A DNA stretch of 64,000 nt from Halocafeteria seosinensis (GCA_001687465.1 LVLI01000229.1:124001-188000); one strand, 5' to 3'. Positions 23,472 through 39,200 are shown, counted from the first letter of the stretch. The notes: generated by a model from the letters alone, not told the origin. Numbers and translations are program-made.

Positions 23472-26203
23472 TCATAAGGACATTTCGATCGATCGCCTCA
23501 ATCCGAAATGGTTCGGGAGAGGTTGATGGTTTTCATTGAGTTGCTGAGTATTTTCGTTCCGTTTTTGCAACGGTTTCCAGCGAATATGGTTCGTCTGAGG
23601 AGAAGAAGCGTGAGAGTTTTGAACCCGCTGCCTGAATTTGGCCAATCTCTTCGCATGAGGCGTTTGAGGCGATCGAGAACCAGGAGAAGGCATGGCCAGC
23701 GGGGGCTTCGATGAGGAACTGTGTCGGTGAACCCTGGGAATATGCCTCTCTTGGGACGTATTTTGACTTGCCAAGTAGGCTTCGGTAAATTTTCGCCCTT
23801 GCTTCCCTTTTCGCCCTGATACAGGAGGAGAGCGAAGTAAATTCACCTTTATATTTTCTCTGTGACTATCCTCGTTCTCCGATGCAAGATGCGGGCTACC
23901 TGGAGCAGCTCTTTCAGTTCGAGAAGGTTCATCTGAGCATTGATCTACACGCTCCAGTGTAGACTCGGAGTCAAAATCCTCAATAAAAAGTTGTTTAGAA
24001 GTCGAATCAATTTCATCCATTCCGGCGGATTTTCTGGATGGTGGAGTACCTGATGGTCCTGCAGCCGTGCTCCTAGGCGGGGTGCTGCACCCATCTTCCG
24101 TAAACGATCCCTCAAAGTTTTCTGTCAGATGGACGTACGAGGGCGAATCTTCATACTCCGATTTCAACGGAGATATGTTTGAGAACGAAGGATGGTCGTA
24201 CTGCTGATGAGCATTGGACAAGACACTTTCATCTTGCTGCCCCACAGCACGATCGATTTCCGCCACTTCCGGTTCCAGTGGGGTTGGTTTCCAGAGATTT
24301 GGCACACGCAATAATGTCATCTCATTGCTCCCACTGTCTACACTGAAAAAATTATCAGTAGTTTGCAATGCTTGGTCTTGGGGAAACTCTAACCGCGTGG
24401 CCACTGGGTTCCGTGGGCGGTTTATCCGTTGGGCTGCAGGCTCTGAACGGAATAATCTCCAGAGATCATGCTCTTCTGCAGCTACATACCCTTCACTAGC
24501 TTCTGTGTTGCTTGTGGGTGTAGGATGAACGGGAACTGCTTTCTGCGTATCTTCCAAACAATTTAATTGGTTAGTCGATGCCGCACAAGATCCTGATTTA
24601 ATTTTATTCAATAGTCTGCAGAGCCCTGTCGATCCAACATCCATACCTCCATCGTTACTAAGCGCTCCCTGGCGCTTCCCGGGCTTTGCTCTCGGTGGTT
24701 CAATATTATGCACCATTGTTTGGAGATCATTCAACTTTATGGCCTTGCCGGTAGGCGGGGTCAAGTCTTCAGAACGGTATTCGTATTGTTGGGGTACATC
24801 TGGTTCAGCCAGGGAAGTACTTTGCTCAGACTGCGTGGCACAGGGTGTGCTCGTTTCTATATGCTCCATTCGGGGAAAATTGTCATCTGCATCGCTCGAT
24901 CTCATCGTCGGAATGTTTTTGGATGAGTTATCGTCAATACCTTCTTTTGCAGGGTCAGGACTCGAACGATATTCAGCATGAGCCACAATTTCCCGAGTTT
25001 CTCCCAACGTTCGCTGGTGGGCAACGTTCGATCCCAGCCACTCCTTTATCTCGCTTGATGAGAATAATAATCTGCCGCAGGAATTCATCATTTATTCGAC
25101 ACGATGTCAACACTGATAGTATCTGTAATAGAGAGAAAGATAGTCACTTACTGATAAAGACATTGCGTATATTTCATGAGCACTTCCATATTCCACTGCG
25201 ATGGCTCCTTGTTCCCCATTTCCCTGTAGACAGACCCATAGATCACATCCATCCACGGTACAAGGTGAACATACGGACGGACGAACTGCCTTTATGCAGT
25301 CACTTACGAAAATATCTTGGATTCTGCTATATGGATGAACTCCTGGCGAATCCGCTGCCGTGGATGCTCCTCTTCATTGCCCTCCTGCTCCTCATTCACC
25401 GCGATTTCATCTTCAAACTGTACATGCCTGGGACCCTCATTAAATGTAGATTTGGATGTATATCTCGGATTGTCGTGATATGACCCCTGTGGCTCTGTAT
25501 AAGACGATTTCGGCAGCAGCTCCGATGGAGGGGGAGGGTTGGAGGATGGCGTCAAATACACATGCTCATGCGTGCCCATTTCGTCTTCTTTTTCTCTTCC
25601 AAGCATACCATCAGATTCACCGTTCTTTTCTCTATATTCCTGTGCATTTTCATTCTCTGATACCGAGTATACCGAGCGTGAGAGCCTCCCAAAGTGAGGG
25701 TCCTTGTCTAACGCTCGCCGTTCATTTGAATTCTGCTCAAAGCGCGCTAGGTAGTAGAGGACCAAGTCATGGATTCGAGTCCACGGAAGGAGGCCCTCAG
25801 GGGCCTCCGTGTACAAGCGCAGCAGCCATCGCGCTTGGTCGAGCTCATGCTGAGGGAAGAGGGGACATGGAATTCGAGTGGATTGGCTGTAGGGAGGCAC
25901 TGAGTGTGTCGTAAAACTTTGAGTAAACCCTGCGGGATCGTGACTTCCACGAGGACGACTCAACGCCGACGCCGTTGAGATCTCTTTCCCCATGCCCTCA
26001 GCAGCAGGAGTAGCCATACCTTCGGTACGGGAGAGAGTGTTACTCCTCATGGTATGAGACAGAGGTGGTAAAACCGACAAGGGAAACAATCCGGACGAAT
26101 TGGAACCATAAACGGCCTTGTGAAAGTGTGCTGGGCCGAAGTTCAAGCAGACGTTCGGAGTTTCGTTCAAGCCCGCTCGCTGGTACAGGATGATGGATAA
26201 CAT
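23472..26203 (-). CDS. Hypothetical Ser/Pro/Glu-rich, largely disordered protein; 3 predicted exons (26203-25308, 25223-25152, 25071-23472), ~855 aa; start uncertain
   Basis: GTAAGT donors at 25307 and 25151 and CAG acceptors at 25224 and 25072 join ORFs 25304..26203 and 23472..25091 in frame (2568 nt). Confidence 0.65.
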
Positions 26204-27262
26204 GGGTGGAAATAGATGAAGACAAAAACTGAAATATAGAATTGCGGGTACCTGTTCAACTATCCAAGTGAAGCTTGACTGCTGAGGGCGTGACGCTGTT
26301 TAAGCCAGAGTCAGAGAATCAGCAGCGAGCCACATGCATAAGTCAAGCGTCAAGTAAAAGCCAAAGAATTCCGTCGCTCATAGATTCGCTTGGTTCAGGC
26401 GTTGACGCGTAACTTGATGGAAAGACCATCATTAGAACTTGGTATATAGCCGAGTTGGATCGCATACCACTCATGGTAACACTGGACCAAGATGTACACA
26501 TGACTCACTGATTACTGCACGAGTACAATGAATGACAACTATCGTCTGCAGTGGTCGCCACCAAGAAGGGGTTCGTACGAGTAATTATAACTAGCTATTT
26601 CATTTCTTATTCGCTTGCGACAAATTTCGGTACAGTACCGGGAGTTCCTCCCCACCTTCCATCCACAATGTGTCTCAAAACATATGGAACGTATTACTGT
26701 AATGCCCATGTAGGCTTTCTTTCGTTCGGATCCATAGTTCCCTCCTTCAGATGAACACACGGAGCGATCTTCGTGAACCTCTCGTTACCCCTGGTGTTGT
26801 CAGCGAAAGAAGGACGTCCTGTCGTAACTACATACTCGTTGCGCTTCAAAACAAACGAGGAAACTAAGGTCAATCGGTTTTCTCCTTGCTACCACTTCGA
26901 ACTTCGTGAACACGTGTTGGGGGTCATCATGGGATCTCCATACTTATCCTACGCCATACTTATCCTACGTTAACAAGGATTTCAGGAAGTATGGCATGCG
27001 AATCTTCGGATTTGAAGGCGCTGACACACCTTCTGAGCCAGCCCAGTAGCCCGCTCACTGAACTCTCTTGGTTTTGAAACTCGTTGTTTCGATTGAAACG
27101 AGGAGAAACGCGTACTCCAGTTCTACAAATAAACGCACCACATGAAGCCGCAAGCATAGCCAAGGTAGTGTATTCGGTTGGACGGGGCATGATAGGGCGC
27201 TTCGACTACATGCATATCCCTACGGTTCCATCAGGCACACGCTAAGTACTCAAAGTAGGCTA

Positions 27263-30200
27263 CTATTCGGTAGCATGCTCCTCGTCGTCTCCCCAAGAAA
27301 AGATATTTCCCGTTCGCTTTTGTTCCGGCTTATGAGTCCCATTGTGAGAATCAAGGCCACTCACTTCGGATTCGGGCTCGCTGTCGCGAGAGACTTGCTT
27401 GACCAGCGTCTTCCGATTGCCTGTGAGTTTCCTTTGAGCGTCTCGACGACGAGATCGTAGCGATGCGGGTCTCAACGACTTCATGGACGGTAAGCTGAGC
27501 CGACCATCACGCGAGGTGGATGGCAGTTTTTGGTTAGTATCCCTCCTATTTGAGCGCATTGTGTGGCCGGAAGCCATCGGGTTGAACATCTGCCTCTTTG
27601 TCGAAACAGTATGTCGATATTGAGGAAACTCCAGGTGTTGCTCCTGTAACCGTTTTTCACCCGCGCTGTAATCACACTCCAGTTTGCGTAGCCTACGGAT
27701 TTCTTCTCTGGCGTCCTCAAGGCGCTTTTTCAATTGACTGCTCTCCATCGCTTGCTCGTCTAAACCGGCTAGCTTCTCACCGGAACTGCGCTCTGTCAAT
27801 ACCAACGGATTAATGTGAGCGTCGTAAATCTCGGCTCTTCGATCCGAAGAGGCATTGTCGTGGGTAGTACCGCCACGGCCCGCATCTTCGATGTTCTTCA
27901 CCGGAGCAGTTCTCCCGCAAGAAAGAGTAGACAGAAGCTCCACGGACCTTTTGGGGCGGAAGGTGCTGTGCATTTCGAATGTGAACACAGCAAGGAAGTA
28001 AAGACAACTCAGCAAGATTATTATGGCCGTCAGTATCCCGAGGAACTCAAATTCCTTCTTAAAGCGAGCATTCATAGGCTCTTCAAACCTACCTGAGAGA
28101 AGCATTATACCAGATAAACTCACTAGCAGTGCACTAGCGAGCAGCACAGACTCCACTACATTGTAGTCGGTCAATAGATGAACAAGTGGCTTAGAAACGT
28201 GTACGCTGCTTCTATTGTCCTCTGCAAAGCGTGTTTCGTTTGACATATCAATCGCCTTCTTCCCAGTCTTTGCGCTTTTGTCCTCCGTGGCGTCAATAAC
28301 CGCTTGAATTTTCATATGCATTAAGTCGCCACTCGCCGCTTTCCGACGGTGTTCTTCATGTACTTCATGGTATTGAAGTTTACTCATATACGGCTCGTGT
28401 CGGATCTGCAGAGTAAATGCAGCGAAAATGACGAGCAAAGACATACCTAGCTGATAAGTTGGGGTACTCCGGAACATTAGTGCCGTGAGTGCAATAAGTA
28501 GTTTTCGAAGTAGAATCAACGTGATCCAATACCACTTTCCCGGTTTGAATAGATAATACAAGCGCTGGTAACGCCGTCGAAAGAGATAGTTGGGATTAGT
28601 GAACGCCGATGTACCTTGCCCATGAGCACGGAGGATTTGGTCATGCTTTACTTTTTCCTTATTCTTCTTCAAAAACCAAAACGAAACGACGGGAAAAGAA
28701 ACGACATACATAACGAACGTAACCAGTGCCAATGGAAGCAGGAGGTTAACGTGGACATCTGATTCTCCACAGATGATGTCCGTATTTCCTGACATATATA
28801 AGTTACCATCCGGCGGATCCGCAGGAACGCAATTGAAGATGTCCAGTGTCATTCGCGATAGGAAGAGATAAAGCACGTACATCATTATGATTAATGTGGC
28901 AATCAGCGCACTCGAGTGAGTGTGTCGTTTCTGTGCAGGACGTCGTAAAATGCACAGTTTGTATAGGTAGTGCAACACATACAATACCAAAAGCAAGGAT
29001 GCAATGCCCAATGGCACTGCCATAATGGTCATCCAGCGTACTTCGAACGGCGGTGCCGGCTTAACGTAACACTCTGGTGCTGCAAGTTCCAAATTAAAAT
29101 TGAAAAACGAGAGCACCTGTAACACTCGTTCCACAGAAGAAGGCCAGTCTACGCGTGTTCGGGCGAAGATTGCCACAACTTGGAAATAGTCAAGACCAAT
29201 GGTGAATGCGGCCAATTGAATCTGTTTTGCGTTAATCAAGTATCCGCCAATGGTAGCCCCAATTGCCGCTAGCGCAAACATCACACCCAGTAACCACGCA
29301 TGCTGTGGACACTTGACACACTCGCCATTCATGCGAAAATGGGTGCCCTCCACACACTGACTACACCGACTGGAGGTGTATCCCTCTGCACAGGAGTTAT
29401 TCCCTGTGCAAGCGAATGGAGGAATGCAACCAAGGAAGACGGGACACTCGTCTCTAGCTTGGCGTTTCTCATGACATCGCTCAGACGGGGTCGAATCATT
29501 GAACCGCCAAAATCTTTCGTCAGCATAGATAAAGTCTTGCTTCAGCTCCCCACCAGGGCAAACAGCACCTACTTGTTCTTCGGGGCAATAGAGGCATTCC
29601 TCTCCGGCCAGCCCGTACCATTCCTGCTCGCATTTCGCAACCACGAAGTCTCGCCAAGACGGGAAAAACACGTCCCGTCCCGCAACTGTTAAATTAATGC
29701 TCTTTGCACCAACAGTATCAGGCTGGGTTGTGCACTCAATGGTCGTGTCATCTTCGACCAACGGATCAAGGCACGGGAGGTCACCCACCAATAGGAAGAC
29801 GTCTCTCGTCGTTCCACCTGGGCTGAAGTTTTGTCCCTTCAGCACGATGGCCTCCCCCTCCGCGTTGGGAATATTCGGTCTGACCAAATCCACTCGAGGT
29901 GGATCATAAGAAAAGGTTGCTGTTACCGCAGATTCGACAGTACCCACAGAAACCTCCACAGCTATATCCGTCCCGATTCCCGGAGGCAGTGTACAAAATA
30001 CTTGTTCATGAGTCATTTGTGCTTGTTGTGAAGGATTCATTTCGCATTGCTCGTCATCAATTTTTACTCGAGTAACTGAATACTCTGGACCAAAATTCCG
30101 GCCGGTTAGTCGTAGAGACACTCCACCCACGGTAGGGAAGCATTCGGGGTGTTCAGTAACGCATTGTTCTTCTTGCCCCTCATCAGATTGGAAGCATCTG

Positions 30201-33200
30201 CTAAAAGGGGCACAGTCCCGGATTCTTGAAAGACTCGAATCCACGCTTTCCACTTTATGGACTTCAGGGGGATCGTAGATGAACTCTAGAGGACCGGGAG
30301 GTGCTTGTATCCCCTCTTCCACATTGCTCCAACCATTCACATGAGCCTCGACAATGTTCTCACCATATCCCTGTGGAAGGTCAAAAGATATTGTGCTATG
30401 ATTGAATGCCACGTCCGATATAATCCTGTTTCCTGAACAGGAATCAGAGGGCTTTCGAAAGCAAACAACGCCATCAGTGCCGAAATTTTCTCCCATTATT
30501 GTGACTCTTAAAGGCTTGCCATCTCTACTGCCAGAAGTGGGGTTTTCGCCACTCTCCGTGAGAATTTCGCGCATCACTGCGGGCTCGTACGAAAGGATTG
30601 ATTTCGAGTCCGTCTGCGATGACACAGTAACTTCCACCTCGATTTCATCACCCTGCCCAGACGGAGGAATGCAGGTGATTTCGTCATGATCCGTCGCATC
30701 TATATAACACACCTGTCCTCCTACCCGCACTGAGATCTTGTTGCTTCCATGAGGTCCAAAATTATTTCCATGTATCGTTAGTCTGTCAATTTTCGGGTCA
30801 ACTAGTGTTGGGATCAGTTCAGGAGAGACTGACTGGATCGAAGGAGGATCAAAACTAATATCGAAGTTGGCCCCGTTGCTTGGTTCGCGAATATAGAGCG
30901 TTCCAGGAAGGTCTTTTCCAACTCCTTCAGAGACTGTTGCTTGAATCAGTTCGTGCGTGTGTTCCGTGATGTTGATTTTTCCTGTCCCTAATATGTCCAG
31001 GACTGTCTCCATACCAAGGGAGCCCGATCCCAGATTCCGTCCCTGAATGAGAAGCTTTCCCCCCGCTGTGGGGATTTTGTTTTGGGTTACGGAAACTTTC
31101 TTCCCATTAAACACAAGCTCACATTCTTCTTCATTTCCAACGTAAACTACATTTTCCAAGTTATCGGGAGCCAATTGAACGAGGCATACTGTTGGCGAAG
31201 CATAGTCGATGGTAAACTGGTTGTTGGGGGAGGAAACACCGTTGATCTTAACATTTACGGACAACCCTTTGCCAGCATGTTCTGGAGTGGAGCATGTCAT
31301 GTTAGACTTCCAAATCCCATCGTTCCCCTGTACCAGTGTTATTGGGGATTGAATGGCACACGGTCGCTCACCAATTTCAATTTCGACGTCCTTCGCCATG
31401 GTATCCGCGTCTACCCCAGTTACATTGAACAATTGAAGGGTTTCGTCTCCACTGGTGTTGAATTCTGACCATTCTTTGAATCTCTCCTGTCCAGCTATAC
31501 TAGGGGCAATTGCTCCAAACGTGGTCACTGAAGTGCGAGAAGACTGATCCCGGACTGCAATTTGGAGTTTATATTCCTGTTTATTTTCATCTGGTATCGT
31601 CATGTTTATTTGATCATGCGAGTATTGTCCGTTTGTAACTTCCACCACTTCTCCATCAACATACACTGTTGCACAGCAAGTGATACGCTCGCACGATCGT
31701 CCACCGCAGAAGTTCTTGCCGTCGATTACCACGTCGAACAAGCCCCCCATTGGGACACTGGGCGCGATATTTCTAATCTCTGGAGGATCATAGTCAAAGA
31801 ACACTGCATGGGAGATCTTGCCATCGACTTTTACCATGACTGGACGATTTTCTCCAAACCCTTCTGGCAGTGTAAACTTTATCTTTTGCATCTCAGAATC
31901 GGTTGACACCCATTCGATCATAGAAGAATCCACTGCGATCTCTTTTACATTCTGCAACCAACGACGCAAAGCCTCCCCATCAAAGCCGTGAGAGGCAACA
32001 TTCTGCACGAAATCTGACGGATAGAGCTGTTGTATGTCGATCAACTTATAAAGCGGTTTTGAAATATTAGCATTCTCATTGGAGTATATGAAGGAGAACT
32101 GCCCTGAATGGTCCATAAGTACTGAAACGGTGGAGCGCCGCAAGAGATTTACCCCAAAATTGTAACCTAGCAACTCGATGCGAGGCATCGTCCCGGGCAC
32201 AGCAAAATGGCCGGTGGGGCCATTAGAGGGAGAGATGGATTTAATCTGAGGACTCGCAAAGTGGGTCATCTCGACGCTGCGCATGCTACGCTGTCCCGCC
32301 ACTCTAACAATCCAGACGTGGCGGGATCCACTTCCCTCTCCCACAGTACAACGGATACGTTCATGCCACAGAACTGTGCATAGTTTAGCAGTGAACTCTG
32401 AGCCTCTTCTTCCAAATGTTACCTTTTCCAAGAAATCGCTGAAATTTGAGGGTGGGCCGAAGTTGTTTCCAATGATGTCGATGACATCCCCTCCAGCGGT
32501 GTTCAAACTCTGCGGATTGGAGCCTTTAACTCCTTCGAATTGAAGTACCTCTGGTCGTCCGTACCCTGTTGAGGACACTTCTGACTCTTGGGCACCAATT
32601 GATACAGTCCAAAAATGATCCTCCCCTGCACCTGGGGCTGTAAAACAACGAAGATTGTCATGGTTGATCACTCTGCAATCTCTTGCCTGAAACGTCTCGT
32701 TGCCGTCCCCATAGCGAACACCATCAGGAAGAGTACCCGAAGGACCGAAAAAACTACCTCCAATGACGATTTCCTCGTCTCCTTGAGTACTGAAATTTTC
32801 TGTGTGTTCTCCGATCGCTGTCGTTAATCCTCGCCGGTAACTTCCGACTATGGGAGGATGGTAGTTGCTGATATTTTGAAGGACATTTGACTTCTGTTCG
32901 CCAACGATAACTCTCCAATTATGGCTCTTACCGATCCCTGCAACGGTCGAACACTGAATTAGAGCGTGTTCCGACTCGAGAGTGCAATCCGCAGCGGTAT
33001 ATTGAAAGCGTGATCCATATTCGACAGAGATGGGGATCGAATAATCCCAACGAGGCCCAAAGTTCGAACCAGAGACCATCACCACCTCATCTCCCTTTGT
33101 ATCTAGGTTCCTGGGTGGACCTCCTTGAATATCGGACACATCGGAAATAGTAGGACTATCATAAGAAATCGAGTGGGCTTCGTCACTCGGCCCTGACTGC

Positions 33201-36200
33201 AGCTGTGAAACATTGAGTGACCATACATACCCTTCTCCTACACCAGGGGGCAGATCGCATACCGCTACAGAGTGGTTATGCATCTCAGCTGAGCAGGACG
33301 CTTCCAACGAATAATTCCCGTTGGCCATAGTTGCTTCCAAGGGGACTCCGGGACGACCGAAATTGGCCCCTCGCAACCTTACTGCTTGCAGTAGCCCCGT
33401 TGTAGGAATGCTATCACTGAGTGCTGTAACTTCATGAATCTCAGGGAAGGCATAGTGTACAGTGGGAATAGGGTTAAACCACATAGTCTCTTGAGACCAT
33501 GCACTACCTTCGGGGCCAACGATAACTTGAAATTTAAGCTCGTTTCCAGTTCCTGTACTTGTATTGCAAGCGATTCGTGAATGAGACAACGCCAAAACAC
33601 ATCCCATGCCATCATGTCTCCTTCGTAAACCATTTTTGTAAGCTACGAAGACAGGAGTGGGCCTCAGCTCACCGTTGGTATCCCGTATTTGAGCTGGACC
33701 AAAGGCACTGCCTTCAATTACGAAAATCTGACCACCCATGGTTGACGCCTCTTCGGGCCAAGAAGAGACTTCTTCTATACGGGGAGAGTCGTAGGAGGAA
33801 ATCAAACTAGGGGATGAGTAAGAATGTTGATCAACGTAGATAGTCCATTGCAGATCTTTTCCAACTCCCTCTGGAGCTTGGCACTTGATCTCCGTATTAA
33901 TCCATTGGGACTGATTGAAGGACCTCCAGCATTTAGCAGTGGCATAAAACAACCCATCTTCACTCTGTAAGCTTGCCCGCACGTTGGCGTCCCGCCAGGT
34001 AGGACCAAAGCCTACTCCGAAGAATCGTGCTATGTCTCTTCCACGGGTTGCCAGCCGCGGGGTGACAAAATCTTTGACCATTATATCGTTCACGTCACGC
34101 AGGTGAACTGTTACATTGGCTTCATCCGTGAAACTCCACTCGTCCATGATCTCGACGCGGGCGTGGTGCTCTGGGGTAGTTTCGTAATCCATAGTCATTC
34201 CCGAGGCGAGGGATAAATCTGTCGAAGTAAACTGGAAGAGCCCAGGAACGTCGCTCCAAGTTACCTTATACTGATACCCCACCTCGCGATCAAAAGGCAC
34301 CCGGTCCGAAAACGGAATGTTTGACAAAATTGGGGCCTTTTCTCGCACGTCTTCGACTACTGTCACTTCATACAGCTCGCTATCAAAGCGTGGAGCGGAC
34401 TTGACAAATTTGAGCTGCAGCTCGTAAATTACACTGTCTAAAAGCCCCATCTGATCTGTCACTGACACGTTCAAGTGGTAGAACTTCACTTCATTATAGT
34501 CGAGCTCCGACGAAACGGTTAAATTACTGTATGCTATATGGCCGTTTCCCCCAAATACGGGCTCTGTGGCTCTTAAGGGGACACTATCAGTTCTGCCGCC
34601 TTCACCTAGCGTGACCCGGAACTCCAGAAAGTTTGCGCTCTTGTCATCCGGGTCAAATGCTTCCACTGTAGCTACTTTTGTACCCACACAGGTATCTTCT
34701 GATAGCTCAATAAGCGTGTCAAAAGGTGTATCCCGAAGCTTAGGAGACTGGGGAACGTCCAGGATCGAAACGTTCAGCTGACCAATTGGAGACATCGTAT
34801 TTGTACTATCAGTGCATACAACGTTAAGGACTCCATGCAGATGTTCCATGCTAAAAATATCAAGAGAATCGGAGTCCACTACCTCCAGTTTTCCCGTGTC
34901 GGCTTGTAGTTTGAAGAGATCGGAAAATTCGATAGGGTTGACACTTTGTACGCTGTACTGAACCTCTCCACCGTTAGGATCTTCGCATTCTAAGCGGAGA
35001 TCATCCACTGGGCCTCGATGATGTTCAGAAACCTCCACCGGGTACAAAATGTCGTTAGAGAAGTATTCATAAAATTTCCCCTGCCAACGCGGGGCAGCTT
35101 GTTCCTCTAAAACATGAATAGTATGTGTTGCCACTGCAGTCAAATTATAGGTGTCCCGGATCTCAACTGTTACATCTAAAATTTCACCTATTTCGATACC
35201 GAAGTCAACCGATCCATCCTCTGATATATTGCCCATATGACGGACTGGCAATAGCAATCCTGTTCCGCGTACAATCCGTATGAAACTAGGAGCATCGATG
35301 ATAGAATAGGCGACAGTATCACCTACGTCAGGATCCGTCGTCACTACATGTCCAATGTCCTCCCCTTGTCGGACAATATCTATCGTAAAGTTCTGCACCG
35401 GAGGTGTAAAGTACGGGCTTTCTGCAACGTCGACTATCTCGATAAGAATGGAACCTGTGGAGAAGATGCCATTTTTCACCACCCTCAGTGCAAGTTTAAA
35501 GCTTGGGTCTGGGAGACGAGATTCATAGTCTATCACGTTTCCCGGACAGACCCGTATCTCGCCTGTGACGTTGTCTACGGACCAGATGCTGGTTTGAGAT
35601 ACTTGAATAAATCGAAATTCAGAAGGCACTGAGGAATAGGGGCGATCGGTACCGGCGAACACGTCCGGATCATTGGCCTCGGCTTTACCTACCACACCAT
35701 CCTTTGCGGTTGTTAGTTCCATCACTTGTATAGTTACTGGGACGAGAATTGGCGGCTCGGGAACATCAACCACGAAGAGCTCAACAACGACATCAATGAA
35801 CTTTGCCGAAGAAGCAGTTGCTGCACGTATCGTCAAGTCGAATTTATTCTGGCTCTCATAATCCACTTCTTCGCCAGCTTTGATAGTAAGAGCACCGGAT
35901 GTTTCACCAACCGCAAAGGGCATATTTCCGTTACTTTCGACCAGTAGTTCATATAGAATAAGGTTCCCATCTGTATGGCAAAAAAACGGACTGAGATCTA
36001 TCAGCGCATCATCCTCTGACTCAAGTATGGTCAGATCTTCAGAAGGTTCAATAAATCTGGGAGGTTGAACCACTGGTTTGACGTTCACGAGTATTTCAGT
36101 CTCCTTCGAAGTTGTGGGTCCCGGCATTGAGTCCTCGTTGTTCGTCACTTTCGCGCGTACACTAAGTCTTATCCACTTGTCATACACTGAGCAGTCATCA

Positions 36201-39200
36201 CACCCTGCCGTTTGACACTTCTTACTTTCAAAACCGCCAGAAGCGACTACTAAACGCCCGTCACGGATAGAAATGCGGGATTCGGTTTCATCTCGGTTAT
36301 TGAAAGCATTTATAAGGTGGTAATCAAACAGGTCTCCGTGATTATCTTTCGCCGATAGCTCACCAATGACTCCTGATACGTGCTCGTTTACATCGAAAGA
36401 TGTGCTTTTAATGACTGGAGCTTCACGCAGTTGTTCGACATGAACTTCCAAGGCCGCAGCTGTACTTCCGGAAAGTTCGTCACTGTATACCACAGGAAGA
36501 AAATTTGGAAGATTTCCCTTTTCTTCATAGTCTAAATAGCTTCCGTCCTGCACTGTCACTACTCCGTCTTCGGATACCGCAAATGAATCACAAGCAGTAT
36601 CAAGCACGCAGCTTCCTTTATAAACGACAATATTATCCCCGTCAGGATCTCCCACAAAGTCGGGATGAATAACAGTCTTCCTCTCATCTCCCTTAGTGCC
36701 AACGAACGTGCCTTGGGTGGCTCCCTCTGAAACATGAAGAGCTGGAAGAAGTTTATTCAAACGAGGAGGCCTGTTCCTTTCTTTAACCGTGATACGAATG
36801 TTTTCTGTTAGCTCCCCTGGATCTTCCGGTCGATTATCGCTGACAAGTACGCTTAGCAAGATAGTCGAAAGTTCTTCCATTTGCTGCAAAGCTAAGGGTT
36901 TTCCAACTCGGATTTGGCCAGAGCAGGTGTCAATGAAGAACAAACTGCTCTCAGTTGCTAGCCCCCGCGTACGTGTCCTGGAGTCTTCCACAAACTTGAA
37001 TGATATCTCATCCCCATCAGGATCTACAAAAAGTCCCCGCAAGGGCATCCCGACGCTCTCATTAAACGGTTGACCACGCCGAGCAACTATATCTAAACGA
37101 CTTCGGTCTACGTCAACCTTCTGTGGGGCAGAGTTGGTGAATTCTACGCCTACCGGGATGGTGCATGTGCGTTCAAGCAGCACAGAGTCAGTCTCCTGAA
37201 ATATTCCTTTGATTTTTATGGTGTAGTTGTCACATGTTGAGAACTTAAGGATTTCTCGAGTTCCAATTTGTAGCCGGCCCTTTGTTTGGGAAATGGGCTC
37301 ATTAGATGGATCGTTGTTTGGATGATAGACGGTATCCTCTTGCAAGCGGCTCCGAATCCGGAACGGCGAGCCTCCAGTAATGTCAGAGTTGCAAAGCCTT
37401 CCGTCTCCCTTCCTGCCACTTTCACTAACCGAAACGATTTCGTAATTAAGCCATTTGTAGTTTGTCCGAGCTTCGAGGAGTACTGGCTCGCCAATATCGG
37501 TGTTTGACGTCTTCGGTTCCGCAACTTCAGCAGCAAACACGAATCTAGGATTATTCCCGCAATGCACATCCTGCCACTTGAGCTTATCCACTCGAAGCCC
37601 TCCGTGGCACGCATCCTTTACACTACATGCTTTGCACCCAGTGCGTCTGGAGAAATCAGGAGTCTCAGGCGTTGTATAGCTCCCGCTGTCACAATTCTTT
37701 CGGTGACCAGCGACGCAGTACCTGGAAGGGTCGTTGTTCGAGCATGTTTCTTCCCTTGAGGACGTGCTTCCGGCAGGACACAGAAACCCATCTTCGCATA
37801 AACCACTGCACTCAGCGGATGTTAGACCAGATTCCGCTCCGTAATAACGCTCTCTACACTTGCGACGCCTCCCATTGACGCAATAAAAACCTGGATCACA
37901 ACGCTTTTGCTTCTCCCTGCACTCTACCTTGGAACTAAGGGGAGCACTGTAGTAACCCGAGCTGACAGACAACCACTTGCCAACCCCAGCAGGACAGTAA
38001 CGGTCTACAGCGCCACAGGGAGTTTCTTCGCCCACCGCCGTTCCCTTTACACAGAACGTGCCGGCAGGACATTGGCCTGTGCACTCTGCTGAAGTTTCCT
38101 CGGATTTGCCATATCTCCCAGGATCGCATTTGCCTCCATCGTCTCCAGAGGTGCTACCTGTGCCATCGCAGTATCTGCCAGCTGGACAGGTTTTGCACTG
38201 ACTGACGGATGATAATGCAACGGAGGACCCAAATCGACCTGCAGGGCATGGTCTCGTCTTGGTTTTGCTAGTTGCGTACCTTCCCCGCTCCGCGGCATCA
38301 CATTTACTCTTCCCTTCATGGGGCTGTATGTAACCTGCTGGGCAGCTCTTACATGCCTCGTTCTTCTCACCCGTTGCGAACTGTCCTTCACGACACTTGG
38401 TGCAGGCGGCGCTGCCAGCGTTGCTGAATTGGCCTGCTATGCAATTTCGGCATGATTTCTTGGAATGTGCATAACGGCCCGCGGGACAGTGACTGCAACC
38501 GCTCGCGCCAGAAGCACTTGTTTTTCCACCTGCAAATACAAATACAGATCATTTAAAGCGTATGATACTCTTCCTTGGATACAGATCTAAGTCGCTGCGT
38601 ACTTGGACAATGTTGGCAATCTTGTCTGGCGTTAGTCTCAAATTTTCCAGCAGGACAGTTAGAGCATGAGCCTTTAGACCATCCAGACGTCTTTCCATGA
38701 GGGCACCAATTGCAGCGCCCTGATTTTCGGGGTGCAAATTTACCGCTGTTACAGTGGATGCACCCGGTGTTATCAGAATTACTGGCTTTTCCACTATCGC
38801 AATCTCGGCACCATCCGAGCCCATCAGATGAGGTAAATTCGCCGGCAGGACAGTCGACACAGGAGGTGTGATGGAAATTACTAGTACGCCCACTCTTGCA
38901 CTCTTGACACCACGCGTGACCCTTAGAATCAGTGAACTCGCCTGGGGGACAATGAGTGCATGAAGATTGCCCTTGCGAGGGGGCATGTTCACCACGAGAA
39001 CACGCTTTGCAGTCATCCTGGTTGGTCCACCGAGTGAATTTCCCCTTCTGTGAGCAAAGTAAAGGATATTCGTTATTATACGCAATTTCGCCTCCGGGTC
39101 CCACATACCGGGCAGTCGCAGCACCATCTACCGAAAAATCCAGGAAGTTGGCCTCTGATGTATCTCCCACTGCTGCAAGTACTGGTCCAATCACAACTAG

